A DNA stretch of 64,000 bases from Camelus dromedarius. Lineage: Eukaryota. Below the pieces are notes generated by a model. The model saw nothing but the letters and a program-made list of their open reading frames with translations, was not told the origin of the DNA and searched no databases. The position numbers and the translations under genes are program-made. This document shows, one piece after another, positions 1 through 26,261 of the stretch (position 1 is its first letter; every line of letters begins with the position of its first letter). Where the stretch lies: the NCBI RefSeq assembly GCF_036321535.1, contig NC_087451.1, positions 27,590,001-27,654,000 on the forward strand, read 5' to 3'.

Positions 1-720
1 TGTGGGGCCCACTGTTGGGGGAGAGCCGCCCCGAGCTGGCATCTCACAATTGGTTTTTAATAACATCGTCTTGGTATTTTTACAAAAGAAGTACATTCTG
101 AGTTCTAAAAACTAGGGTACTAGAGAGAGAAGCTCAAAGGGCTTTTGAAAAATCACCTACAGTGCCGTGGCACAAAGACAGTCATCGCTGACACTTGCAA
201 GGGCTGCCCATGCCCACGAGGTGTGGTGCAGCCCCCAGGTCCTTGGCCTGCGCCTGGCCACGCGTGTCAGGGCTGCTGGGCGGTTGGAGGCGCCTGACAA
301 GCATGGCCAGAAGGCGGGGAGTGGGGGCGTGACAGGCTGGGAAGTGTCATGAGTCAACCATTAACCTCTGCACCCCCGTGGGACCCGTTACGAAATGCGC
401 ACAACAGGAGATGCCGTTTTAGGGGCCAAATGTCCTGAGTGCCCAGTAGACAGGCAGGCCCAGGCCCTGCGGAGCATCTGGAGAGCACGTGCCCACCCAG
501 ACCCTCTGTGCCAGGACACAGGGCCAGTTCCCTTGGAAGGGCCTCTGGCCAGCATGGGCTCCTGCAGCAAGCTGGGTGGGTGTAGGCTCTTGGTTCCCAC
601 GGGCCAGAAGCAAGGCCGCTCACAGTCCGCAAGCCCAGCTTTCTGAGTCCACTGCCCTTTTCTACCCTTCCCTGCCCCATAATGACTTGCTTTCTTTTCT
701 GATTTCTCTTCACCTGCTAG

Positions 721-923
721 AGCGCCCAGCATCTCCAGCAGCCTACGGCCTCCAGCACCCCGAGGGGAGCCCCACCAGGCCCTGGGTGGCCTTTGCCGTC
801 GAAGGGACGAAGATGGAAGCCCAAGCAAGGGGCAAGCCCACTGGACACCCCGGGGCTCGTCCGGCAAAACCTCAAGGCTGCCAGCAGCCCCCCAAGATTC
901 GTAACTACAACTCCAAGGAATGA
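721..923 (+). CDS. CCDC57: Last coding exon of coiled-coil domain-containing protein 57 (rest of gene upstream of window)
   Basis: Pyrimidine-rich acceptor ...cacctgctag ends at 720. Frame (E)RPASP...AFAVEGTKMEAQ...PAKPQGCQQPPKIRNYNSKE* resembles the recalled CCDC57 C-terminus (AFAVKGLKMEAQ...IRNYN). The gene is expected upstream of FASN on the same strand. Confidence 0.75.
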
Positions 924-3380
924 CCTCCTTGGCCGCCCTGCCTCCACTGCTCTCCCTCCCTCCCCTTCCCCACCCCCACATCCTCTCCCCCACCCTCGCC
1001 TCTGCTTCTCCCCCTCCTCCTCCTTGGTGCTGCATCCCCTCTGCAGGGTCAGGGACATATGTGGCACACCAGCACTCAAGTGTAGGTGGGGGCAGTGAGC
1101 TGAGAGCAGCCTCTCCAGGGCTGTAAGGAGCCTCACGGACCACCCGCCCGCAGAGCCTCGAATGGCTCTTTTAACTTGGGGAGCACAGTAAAAGGTTCCT
1201 GGGCTTTGCACGGTGGCTCTCGCGGCCAAGTTTTCAGTGAGTCGAAGGTTCGACCGCCAGTGCTCTGGGCACCAGCACACCTGCTCCACCGTTTGTATTT
1301 TAGTTTAGAATACAGAGCCCATTACAGTCCCAGACCACAGCAGCATGTAGTCTCAAATCTGGTGTTGAACCTCCCGGGAAGCCTGCCACAACCTTGTAGA
1401 TTTCACGGTTCACTCCATGACCAGGGCTGAGCCTTCCTGGTCCACAAGGGGAGGTATGAGGCAGGTGTGCCCAGAGAGCTTCACCTGGAGACATGCAGAG
1501 AGCTTGTGGGGAGCTGCCAGGCATACAGTGCGTGGGTCTGCACGAAGCTCACTCCTGGCCTGAGCTGGCTGCCTGCCCTGTGACCCTCACCTCTCCTCCT
1601 GGGGTTGGGGGGACCAAAGGCAGCCCGAGGGGCACTCAGGGTCATGGCCTGGGGCCTGGTCTGGGCTCAGGGGGCCTGAAGAGAGATGTGCAGCTGGTGT
1701 GCCTGTGGCGGACAGGCAGCCCTCCTGAGGGGGCACATTTCTGTGGAAGAGGGAGGGTTGCCTCACTCCTGGATGTCCTTCCACCAAGAGGAGGAGAGAG
1801 CAGCCCCTCACAGCATGTGGCCTGCACTCTGGCCAGGCATGAAGGTTGGCAGCCCCACCAGGTAAGGATGCTCGGGTGCCTGGCCCAGCTGGCCCTGGAG
1901 CAGGGCCCCTTCGGGCCCCTTGGAAAGTGCACCTTTCATGAACTTCATCTCATTTATCTGGTTGTCAGGCTGCGATCTCTGGGGAAAGAAGGCAGATCAG
2001 AATCTATACGTCCATCCTGGGCGCACCACACTTGGGGAACTGTAGCGGCAATGGGTCACTTGTGATTTGCCAGGAGGCAGCAGGCTGGGAGCGGTTTTGC
2101 TGCTGCTGGTGCCAGTGGCCTCCATGCTCCGCTGTTTCTTGCATGTGCCCCTTAAAGTGAGGGGTGGCCATGTGGCTTCCTTTAGATGAAAAAGTGAGGA
2201 GAGAGGCCCTGTCATCTTCCCTAGAAGCACTTCAGAGCCCACGAGAGTCTCCAGCCCCCTGTGGTTCCAGCCTGGCTCTCAATCCCAGCCCCCCAGCCCA
2301 GAACTGTCCCCCGTCGCCTGGGCCCCAGGCAGGCTACAGTGAGCAGAGCCCCACCGACCAGCAGGAGGCGAGCCAAGGACAGTCTAAGGCACCAAGAGCT
2401 GGGGGTATCTGTGCAGCACAGTCCTGGACATCTCTCAAGTAGGAAGGAGAAGAAAATCCTACAGAAACATTGTTTGGGACAGCACTTCAGCTGTGGGGCC
2501 TCGGGGCCTTCTCTCCCCTTTTCCTATCCTGCCCTTCGTCCCCGTGTGTGAATCAGCGGCCCGCAGTGACAAGCCAAGGGGAAGGCTGGAGCTGCCACTG
2601 GGACCTACCTGGGAGCCTGGGGGGACACCGTGGGGTGTGTGTGTGCAGTGTGGCCGTGTTCTCTGGGTTCTGGTGCCAGACCGGTTCTGTGCTGTTCCTC
2701 AACGCCCCTGGCCAGTGCCCTGCTCCATTGATGATCCCTGAGCTCCTGAGGGCAGGGTGGAAGGGGTTGCCAGAGAGCAGGGCGAGGAGCGCTACAGAGT
2801 TTGAGATCATGACAATGAAGCTGCGGGCTGGCCCCAGGGAACTGCCAGGGCTCCTCTGGCCTGGGAAGGGTCTGTCTGCCACCCAGAAGGGAGCCAGGGC
2901 GCCGCAGGGCGTGGCCGCCAAGCTAGGAGGGCAGGCTTCTTGGATTCTCACGTGACCCCAAGGCCGGCCGTCTGTTTCTTTTTGGTCTGCAAGTTAAGGG
3001 CTTTTTTTTTTTTTTTTTTTTTTGTAAATTCGGCAAATATTTGAGAAGGGAATTACAAGGGAGGGTGCGCGGATGAGCAGAGACGAAGGGCTGAGCCTCT
3101 GCTGGTGCGTGTGCGGGCCCGTGAGTGCTAGTGGCCACGTGCGCGCGCGAGTGCCTCTGCCCAGGGAGGCTCCTTTGTTCAAATCACAGCGAGAGGTGTC
3201 CGTGCACAGCCCCCTCGCCAAATGGCCGTGCCCTGTCCCCGCGGCCGCCTCGGGGGAGCCGGAGGCGCGCCCGCCCGGCCCCGGGGCCGGCCCGGCCCCA
3301 GGACCTTCTCCACTGGTTCCCGAGCCCGCCCCGCGAATTTGGGAGGCGGGGCAGGGAGGACCATCCGCGCTGCGCTGCGG

Positions 3381-3396
3381 TGACCGGCAGTAACCC
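3381..3396 (+). promoter_or_regulatory. LXR response element (DR4) of FASN promoter
   Basis: TGACCG-gcag-TAACCC, a DR4 lying ~690 bp upstream of the inferred TSS. Matches the known FASN LXRE in sequence and position. Confidence 0.85.
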
Positions 3397-3921
3397 CGCG
3401 CGGGGCGCCCTCGGCCGGGTCAACAACCGCACTCGCCCGGCGGCGGCCGGCAAAGCGCCCAGGGCGACCCGTCCCATCACCCTATCGCCTAGCAACGCCC
3501 ACTCGAGCGCTGCCATTGGGTCAGCGCGCACGCCCCCGGCCCCCGATTGGCTACGGTGGCGGAGTGAGCCACGCCCCGGCCCGGCTCCGCGCGGCCGGGA
3601 CACGGGCCTGTCAGTCCGTCCGCCTAAGGGTCCGTCCGGCCTCCAGTGTGGCCCCAGTATGACCCTCAGAGTGACCCCAAAGTGGCCCAAGCACGACCAG
3701 TCCCGCTTCCCCCGCGGGCCATGAACACGTGGCCTACTCGGCCCCGGAGGTGGGGGCGGCCCCGGGAGGCGTGGGGCGCGGAACGGAAATCGGAGGACGG
3801 GGGTGACGCCGCGCCCGCCCCGCCCCCCGCCCCGCCCCCCCGAGTCCCCGGCCCCCCAGCCCAGCACCCCCCCCGGGCGCGTCCCCGCGCACGGTCCCGG
3901 CTCCTGGCGGCAGCGCGCCGC

Positions 3922-3931
3922 ATCACCCCAC
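3922..3931 (+). promoter_or_regulatory. Sterol regulatory element (-150 SRE)
   Basis: Exact ATCACCCCAC about 150 bp upstream of the inferred TSS (~4072), as in the known FASN promoter. Confidence 0.9.
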
Positions 3932-3973
3932 TGGCGGCGGCGCGCCTGGTCCCGGGGCGCAGCCCCGACGCTC

Positions 3974-4045
3974 ATTGGCCTGGGCGGCGCAGCCAAGCTG
4001 TCAGCCCATGTGGCGTGTCCGCGCGGGGACGGCCGCGGTTAAATA
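3974..4045 (+). promoter_or_regulatory. FASN core promoter: inverted CCAAT, GC box, -65 E-box, TATA-like box
   Basis: ATTGG 3974-3978, GGGCGG 3982-3987, CATGTG 4007-4012, TTAAATA 4039-4045. This is the canonical NF-Y/Sp1/USF-SREBP/TATA order. Confidence 0.9.
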
Positions 4046-4069
4046 GCGCCGGCGCGGGCCTAGAGGGAG

Positions 4070-4163
4070 CCAGAGAGACGGCAGCGGCCCGGCCTCCTCT
4101 CCGCGGCGCACTCCATCCTCGCTCTCCCTTTGCCGCCCGCACCGCCGCCCGCGCCCAGACCAG
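4070..4163 (+). other. FASN: FASN non-coding exon 1 (start approximate)
   Basis: Begins ~25-30 nt after the TATA-like box and ends at donor CAG|gtacga (4163/4164). Exon 2 acceptor is at 6115/6116, 11 nt before the ATG. Confidence 0.8.
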
Positions 4164-6126
4164 GTACGAGCGGCCCGGCCGGGGTTGCGGGTTGGGAGCC
4201 AGGGACCGGGGTCCTGGGCCCGAAAGCCCAGCCAGGGTCGAGGACCGGGGCGGCGCAGCCGGGATCCGGCGTTGGCGGGGAAAGCGCCGCTGGCTCGCAT
4301 CCTCAGGCCTTGGGTGCGCGTGGTCTGGTGCGCGTGTGGTGAGGGATCACCCCGCGCAGCCTGCTCTGGTCTCGGGGTCCGAGCCCCCTGTCTGGATATT
4401 CAAGCCCCACGGGGCGTCCGAGGCTTGGTGGCGACGGGCCTGCGCGCCGCGCCCCAGGCCCAGCGGGGCAGGTGGGCGGATGGCGAGGGGCGGACGCCGG
4501 GAAGCACCGCGAAGCACCGCGAACAGCCATTTTGGTCTTGGGCTGGGCCGGGCAGCCGCGGACCCTTGAGGACCTGTAGGAATCCTAGCCGCCCGGTGCG
4601 CAGCCGGTTCCAGGCGTCTACAAGAGCCTCCTTTCAGGCTGGGCCAACGATCCCCTTCACCCGCGACATCCCCCTAACTCCGGGTGCCGGATAGGCAAGT
4701 CTCAGCCAACCCGAGGGCCAGAGAAGAAAGGAGGGAGGGCAGAGGCGGCGCGGGCCGGAGGGGGATGGCTTCCCCACCACGTGGGCACCGTTTGCAGCCC
4801 CCGAAGTTCTAGGGGGAGAGCGGCTGGCGCCCGGTGCAGCTCCGCGGTGGTGCAGAGGAGGCCCTGGGCGCTGTAGGGGTCTCCACCCCTCTGCCTTGCC
4901 TCGCGGGACTCCAAGTGAATAGCAAATAGGGGAAAACAGCCGGCGCTTTCTGCAGGAAGCAGCCGAGCCCGAGCTGGTGCCTCTGGGCCAGCAAAGGGCT
5001 CTTTATTCAGCGCTGGGGGAGGGAGCTCCCTCTCTGCGGGGACAGCAGGCCCACCAGGCCACCCAAGGGCTAGGCGCTGTCTCCACTTGCTTGTACTCTT
5101 CCTTGCTCGGAGAGAGCCTGAGAGGGCCGGCGGTTGGTGAGTCCACCCATCTCCATGTCCAGCGCTATGAGGCCTTGGGGCCTTGGCGGAAGTGGCAGGA
5201 CCAACCCTGGCCTTGCCCTCTCCCTCAGGGGCTGCACAGGAGCCCCAGTCTGGACCCACAGGCTCAGGGTAGCCCAGGCTCCCTCTGGCACCTCGGGGAC
5301 CTGGGCCAGGGTGGTCAGGCAGGCTGTGTGAAGGTAGGCAAGCAGAATCCTGAGGCCTCACCTGTGCAGGTGCACGGGTTTGGCCAGCACTTAACCAGGC
5401 ACCTGAACAGGAGTGGTTCTGCAGGTTGGAGGGGCCATCCTGGCTGGATCTGCCACTGTGGGGAGGGACAGCTTTCCCCCTAGAGCCCGTCCAAGCCTTG
5501 CAGTGCCCAAGCCATGGCCCCAGCATGGAAAGCAGCATTGGGTTCTGAGTGCAGCGCCAGCCGGGCATCGTGGGTGCTCCTCCCACCCCCAACGTTTGCC
5601 TTTTCCCCTTTTCTTGGTGGATTCCCTGGGCCAGCTCTTCACTGACCGCCAGCCGGGTGGGCCCATCCTCAGAGGGGTTTGGGCTCTTCTCTTGGTTGGC
5701 CCTGCCGGCCTTCCACTGTGAGTCCCCCTTCCGGGAGTGCCTCAGCAGGTGGTCGAAGCAGCCAGCTGGGGGTGGGCCCAGGGCAGCAGGGCTACAGTGG
5801 GGTCATCCCAGGCCAGCCAGAGCCAAGGCCCAGAGAACACAACGCTCCCAGTGAGAGGTGCAGGCAGGCTGTACTAGTGGCCCTCCCTCCCCCCCGACGG
5901 CACACTCCATTCACCCAGGGCATCCATCTGGGCTGGCGCACAGCGCAGGGGCTGGCCGTGTGGCTCTCAGTCTCAGAGCTTTCTGAACTGCTGCCCTCAG
6001 ACCCTTGGATGGGCTAGGTGGAGGAAGGCAGGTGCCCTGGGAGTCAGGAAGCCAGAGGAGGGGGAGGGGCAGCAGAGCTGCGAGGGTCCAGACCCCAACA
6101 CCGCCCTCCCTGCAGAGAGAGCAGCC

Positions 6127-21863
<15,737 letters not shown>

Positions 21864-22357
21864 GCCACCGTCGGGCTGCGTGCTGGGCGTCCTGCGGGTG
21901 GGACCCTCCTCCCGCTCCCCCCCGCTCCCCCCAACTCCCCCCCCCCCCGCTGGCCTGACGTGCCACCTGCCATGCCGCCAGCTTCCGACTCGGAGACCCG
22001 CCCGGTCTGTGAAGAGTCGGCAAGCCGCCAGGCCAGCCGAGCATCCTGCTCCGCGTGGGCTCTGCCGCGCAGGTCTCTGTCGCTTCTCCTATTTATTGCG
22101 ACGCCGGGGGGCGCCAGCCGGTCCCCCTGTGAGGCGGGCGCAGCAGCGGGGCCGGGCCCACGGTGCAGAGTGGGAGCAGAGTAGCCCTGGGCGCCGGGCA
22201 CCCCTGTGCTCCTCTGTTCGTGTTTCAAGAAACCTGATTCAGATTGCTGCTCAGATTTTGAAATTCACTGTAATTGTCTGTGTAAAGAAACACGTCTGGA
22301 CCCTGTTTCATTTTTACACCAACCCGGTGGAAGTGTTCCTGCGGGAGCTTCCCTGTG

Positions 22358-22363
22358 ATTAAA
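22358..22363 (+). terminator. FASN polyadenylation signal (ATTAAA variant)
   Basis: ATTAAA ~500 nt after the stop, following an AT-richer 3'UTR block (22230-22330) that resembles the recalled human FASN 3' end. Confidence 0.7.
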
Positions 22364-23029
22364 CCGTATGTGTGCTCCGGCCTCCAGTCGTCTTCCCTCT
22401 CCCATCCTGGGCCAGCGCTGGGGCCTGGGGGCCACCCTCTGCTCCCGGCAGGAGCGGGGGCAGTGCCTGGCAGTGCCGGGCTCCAGAGAGCAGGCTGGAC
22501 ACTCTGGAGGGAGGGGGCCTCTACCAGGGAGCAGGAGGCAGGTGCTGGTGACGGATCTGGTGGCAGCTGTGGGAGTCCCCCCAGGGTCCCCTTATCAGAA
22601 TTCCTTATTCCTCAGGGAACCCTTGAGTTTTCTCTCCTGGGCCTCACCTGAGGGGAGGGCACCCACCCACGTTATTGAGAGTAATCTTTACTTGAAGTCA
22701 CCAGATAGGTGGGAATCACATGGACCAAATACCTTCACACTAACACCTAGGCCAGTGGTTCTTTAACTGGCCAAGACCAGCGGGGGAGACACCATCACAC
22801 AGGGAGACCCCTGGACCTCTGAACCCCTCCAAGCCCAGGGGTGAGGTGGACCCACTGGGCCGGGGGCTTCTGGGCAGACGGCAGAGGTGAGCTGGAGCAG
22901 AGAGAGGTGGGCCAGGGGAGCAGGCCTGCTGCTAGGCTTCTAGAAGGGTGTGTTGAACCCAGAGACAGACCAGGGGCCTGTCCATGTTCCTTAGGAAGCT
23001 CAACACAGTTACCATGTGAGCCAACAATC

Positions 23030-24960
23030 CCACCCTAGTTACAACCCAAAGGATTGGAAACGGGCTCAAACGCTCTTGTGCACCTACACCAGTGTGCATG
23101 GCAGCGTCTCATGCACAACAGCTCAAAGGTGGGTGCAATACAGGTGTTCACAAACAGGTGAATGTACAGATGTGGTCCATCCACATAATGGATATGATTC
23201 AGCCTTACAAATGAATGAAGGTCTGGAAGTGCTCAAGACGAATGAGCCTCAGACAGCAGAGTGAAAAGTTTTCTGGAGTAGGTGTGTTACTGCCAGACAC
23301 AGTCGATTTCACAGCAGAGGCTATACTCGGGATCAAAAGGGCCACTTCACCATAATAAAAACCAATCCAAAGGGCGTAAGGACCCTAAACATTGCTCCTA
23401 TGACAGCTCCAAATTACAGTAAGCAGAAGTTACAGATCTCAAAGGAGGGTCAGGCAGTCCACAGTTAAAGTTGGAGGTTTCAAAACCTCTCTCAATAACT
23501 GAACAGGTGGAAAATCGGTAAAGCTATGAAAGACTTGAACAGCACAGTCAACTGATCTGATCTTCCCGACACCTAGGGATCACCCCACAAGAGCAGCAGG
23601 ATCCTTGTCAAATCTGCACGGAACACTTGCCACGACAGTTCACATTCCGAGTCCTAAAAGCAGTCCCAGTTCAAAGCAACTCGACTCCTGTAAGATACTT
23701 CCTCTGATCACAACTGAATAAAGTCAGGATCCACGGCCAAAAAATTCTCTAGAACACCCTCAGATATTTAGGAACCAAATAATGTACTTCCAATAACCCA
23801 GGAGTTAAAGAAATCAAAAGAGTAATTGGAAAGTATTGTGAACGACAATGAAAGCAGCATAGCAAAGCTCGTGGCATGCAGCCGAAGCAGCACTTGGGGG
23901 ACACCGAAGGCCTAGGTCACAAGAGAAGACGCTAGTCAAATTCATCATTTCAAATTCTACCTTAAGGAGAAAAAAAAGTGAGGCCCAAACACAGCAGAAT
24001 AAAGGAAATAACATGTGTTGGAGTGAAAGTCAAATAAGAAACAAAATTAATGAAACCAAAAGCTACTCTGAGAAGACCAGTCATTTACAAACCTTAAAAC
24101 AGACTGAGCTGGAAGGAAACAGAAGACAGATTTCCAATAATGTTAGGAACGACACGGGTGGCGTCACTAAGATGCTACACATACTGAAGGGCTGATGAAG
24201 CAGGTATAAACTACTGTGCGCCCACCGGACAACTCAGAAAAGAACAGGTTCCACACAAGGCGAAGTCAAGAAGCCGCGGACAGCCTGAACACCCTTGCAT
24301 CTACTGAAGAAAGTGAATTTGTAGTTACAAACCTTTCCACAAAGAAAATTCCAGACCTGAATGGCAAGGTCTAGTCCATACTTAAAAGAAAAACATGACC
24401 AGTTCTACTCAAGGTCTTTTCAGAATTTTGGTAAGGAAACCACTCTGAACAAGTTCCAACTTATCCAACTTACATAAGAGATTCTGGGGCTGCCTTGGTC
24501 TGCTCAGGCGGCCGTGACAAAACACCAGACTGAGCGGCGCAGGCGGGCCGCTCAGACCACGTGTGTACAAGACGCAAAGACAAGTCCGCAGAGAAAGGGT
24601 CATCTCTTCAACAAATGACTCCGGAGTAACTGGTTATCTATCTGCAAAAAAAAAGAGAAAGAAAGAACAGACTGATCCCTCACAATACACAAAAAAATTA
24701 ATTCAAAACGGATCATAGACTTACATGTAAATTGTAAAACTACAGAACTCCCAGGAGTAAATACAGGAAAAAGATCTTTGTGAACTTGGGTTAGGCACAG
24801 GGTTCTTAGATGTGACGCCCAAAAGCCCAGCCAGACAGGAGATTAAATTATTAGATTTCATCAAAGTTGGATCATTCCTATTCTTTGAAAGACACCGTTA
24901 AAAGAATTTATTTAAATTTAAACAAATTTAAACTAGCTATCTTTTTCTTAGTAAGTTTAA
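23030..24960 (+). mobile_element. Degraded LINE-1 ORF2 fragments
   Basis: A-rich + strand. Translated remnants such as NKINETKSYSEK...QISNNVRNDTGGVT resemble L1 ORF2p. Many stops; boundaries approximate. Confidence 0.8.
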
Positions 24961-24977
24961 AAGAATTTTTCGGCGAG

Positions 24978-25083
24978 AGGAGGTAATTAGGTTTATTTAT
25001 TTATTTGGTTTTAAATGGAGGTGCTGGGGGTCGAACCCAGGGCCTTGTGCACGCTGTGTTCTACTGCTGAGCTACACCCTCCT
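24978..25083 (-). mobile_element. Camelid tRNA-Ala-derived SINE (vic-1-like)
   Basis: Reverse complement of the tRNA-like head (GGGTGTAGCTCAG...CCTGGGTTCGACCCCCAGCACCTCC) plus tail AAATAAATAAACCTAATTACCTCC. Confidence 0.85.
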
Positions 25084-25406
25084 CTTTTTTCTTCTTTAAT
25101 TGAGGCAAAACTGACCTATAATATTGTGTAAGCTTATGTGATGACGAAACACAGACATATACCACATCTCTCAGCTCATGTGATCACCACGTTTCTGTTG
25201 CTGTTACTGTGAGAACTTTCAACTGTACAATAAATGCAGTCTCGTTGCCCAGTCACCATGCAGTACCTTAGGTTCCAGAATGTCTCATCTTTTTTTTTTT
25301 AGTTAAAGGTTTTTTTGGTTACCATAAAGTCCGAAACATTTTTTCCCCCACTGTTGACTCTGAAATATTTTGGTCATAACCTTTTTCATTAATTTTTTTT
25401 TCTTTT

Positions 25407-25522
25407 GGGGGTAGAGGCAATTAGGTATATTTATTTGTTTATTTATTTACTGGCAGTACTGGGGATGGAACCCAGGGCCTCCTGCATGCTAAGCTCACGT
25501 TCTACCGCTCAGCTACACCCTC
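25407..25522 (-). mobile_element. Camelid tRNA-derived SINE (vic-1-like)
   Basis: Same head and tail as the other copies (GGGTGTAGCTGAGCGGTAGAACGTGAGCTTAGCATGCAGGAGGCCCTGGGTTCCATCCCCAGTAC). Confidence 0.85.
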
Positions 25523-25806
25523 TGCCCAGGACATCTCACCTTACAGCTGGAAGTCTGCACGCTCTGACCAACATCTGCCTTTTCCCCAGCCTCCAAGCTC
25601 CAGCAAGCGCCTGTCTAGTCTCTGTTTCTGGGCGTCTGGCTTTTTTAGATCACGTACACTAGTGAGGCTGTGCTGTGTCTGTCTCCCTCTCTGTCTTGGC
25701 TATGTCGGTTAGCAGAATGCCCTCAAGGTCCATCCACACTGTCACAAACCTCAGGGTTCCCTTTTGATGGCTGAATGACAGTGCACATCACATTTTCTTT
25801 TTCACA

Positions 25807-25919
25807 GGGGGAGGTAATTAGGTGTATTTATTTATTTATCTTAATGGAGGCACTGGGAATTGAACCCAGGACCTTGTGCGTGCTAAGCATGAATTCTACC
25901 ACTGAGCCATACCCTCCCC
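25807..25919 (-). mobile_element. Camelid tRNA-derived SINE (vic-1-like)
   Basis: GGGGAGGGTATGGCTCAGTGGTAGAATTCATGCTTAGCACGCACAAGGTCCTGGGTTCAATTCCCAG... with CCTAATTACCTCCCCC tail. Confidence 0.88.
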
Positions 25920-26212
25920 ACCATATCATATTTTCTTCATCCACTCATCATCTGTCAGTGGACACTGAGGTTGTTTACATTCCTTGGCTATTGTGAATTA
26001 TCTTTCTTTGTTAAAAAAAAAAAACTTTAAAAAATACATATATATTTACAGAAACTTGCCAAACAATGTGCAGGATGTGCTGTAAACCCTCCCCTCAGTT
26101 TCCCCGGTGATAGCATCCTGCATCTCGATGGGGCAATATAGACCCCAGGAGACTGGCACTGAGGCAGTCCTCAGAGCTTAGACAGATTTCACCGGTCTCA
26201 CATGCCTTCCTC

Positions 26213-26260
<48 letters not shown>
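26213..26260. repeat. (TG)n microsatellite
   Basis: About 24 TG units with one interruption. Confidence 0.95.

Positions 26261-26261
<1 letters not shown>

Larger units (their letters stand above)
3070..4700. promoter_or_regulatory. FASN promoter CpG island
   Basis: Dense CpG/GC-box sequence surrounding the TATA box, non-coding exon 1 and the start of intron 1. Confidence 0.9.

Noticed and set aside
209-266. ChoRE-like paired E-boxes (CATGCC-N5-GGTGTG; CACGCGTG) in the last CCDC57 intron
   Set aside because: Poor match to the ChoRE consensus, and only ~3.8 kb upstream of the TSS, whereas the known rodent FASN ChoRE is ~7 kb upstream (outside the window).
395-646. Possible extra CCDC57 exon
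   Set aside because: The translation does not resemble the recalled penultimate CCDC57 exon; treated as intron.
1309-1314. AATACA as CCDC57 polyA signal
   Set aside because: Weak variant hexamer that cannot be supported without 3'-end data.
24530-24555. 9-bp inverted repeat (CTGAGCGGC...GCCGCTCAG)
   Set aside because: Short GC-rich stem inside decayed L1; expected by chance.
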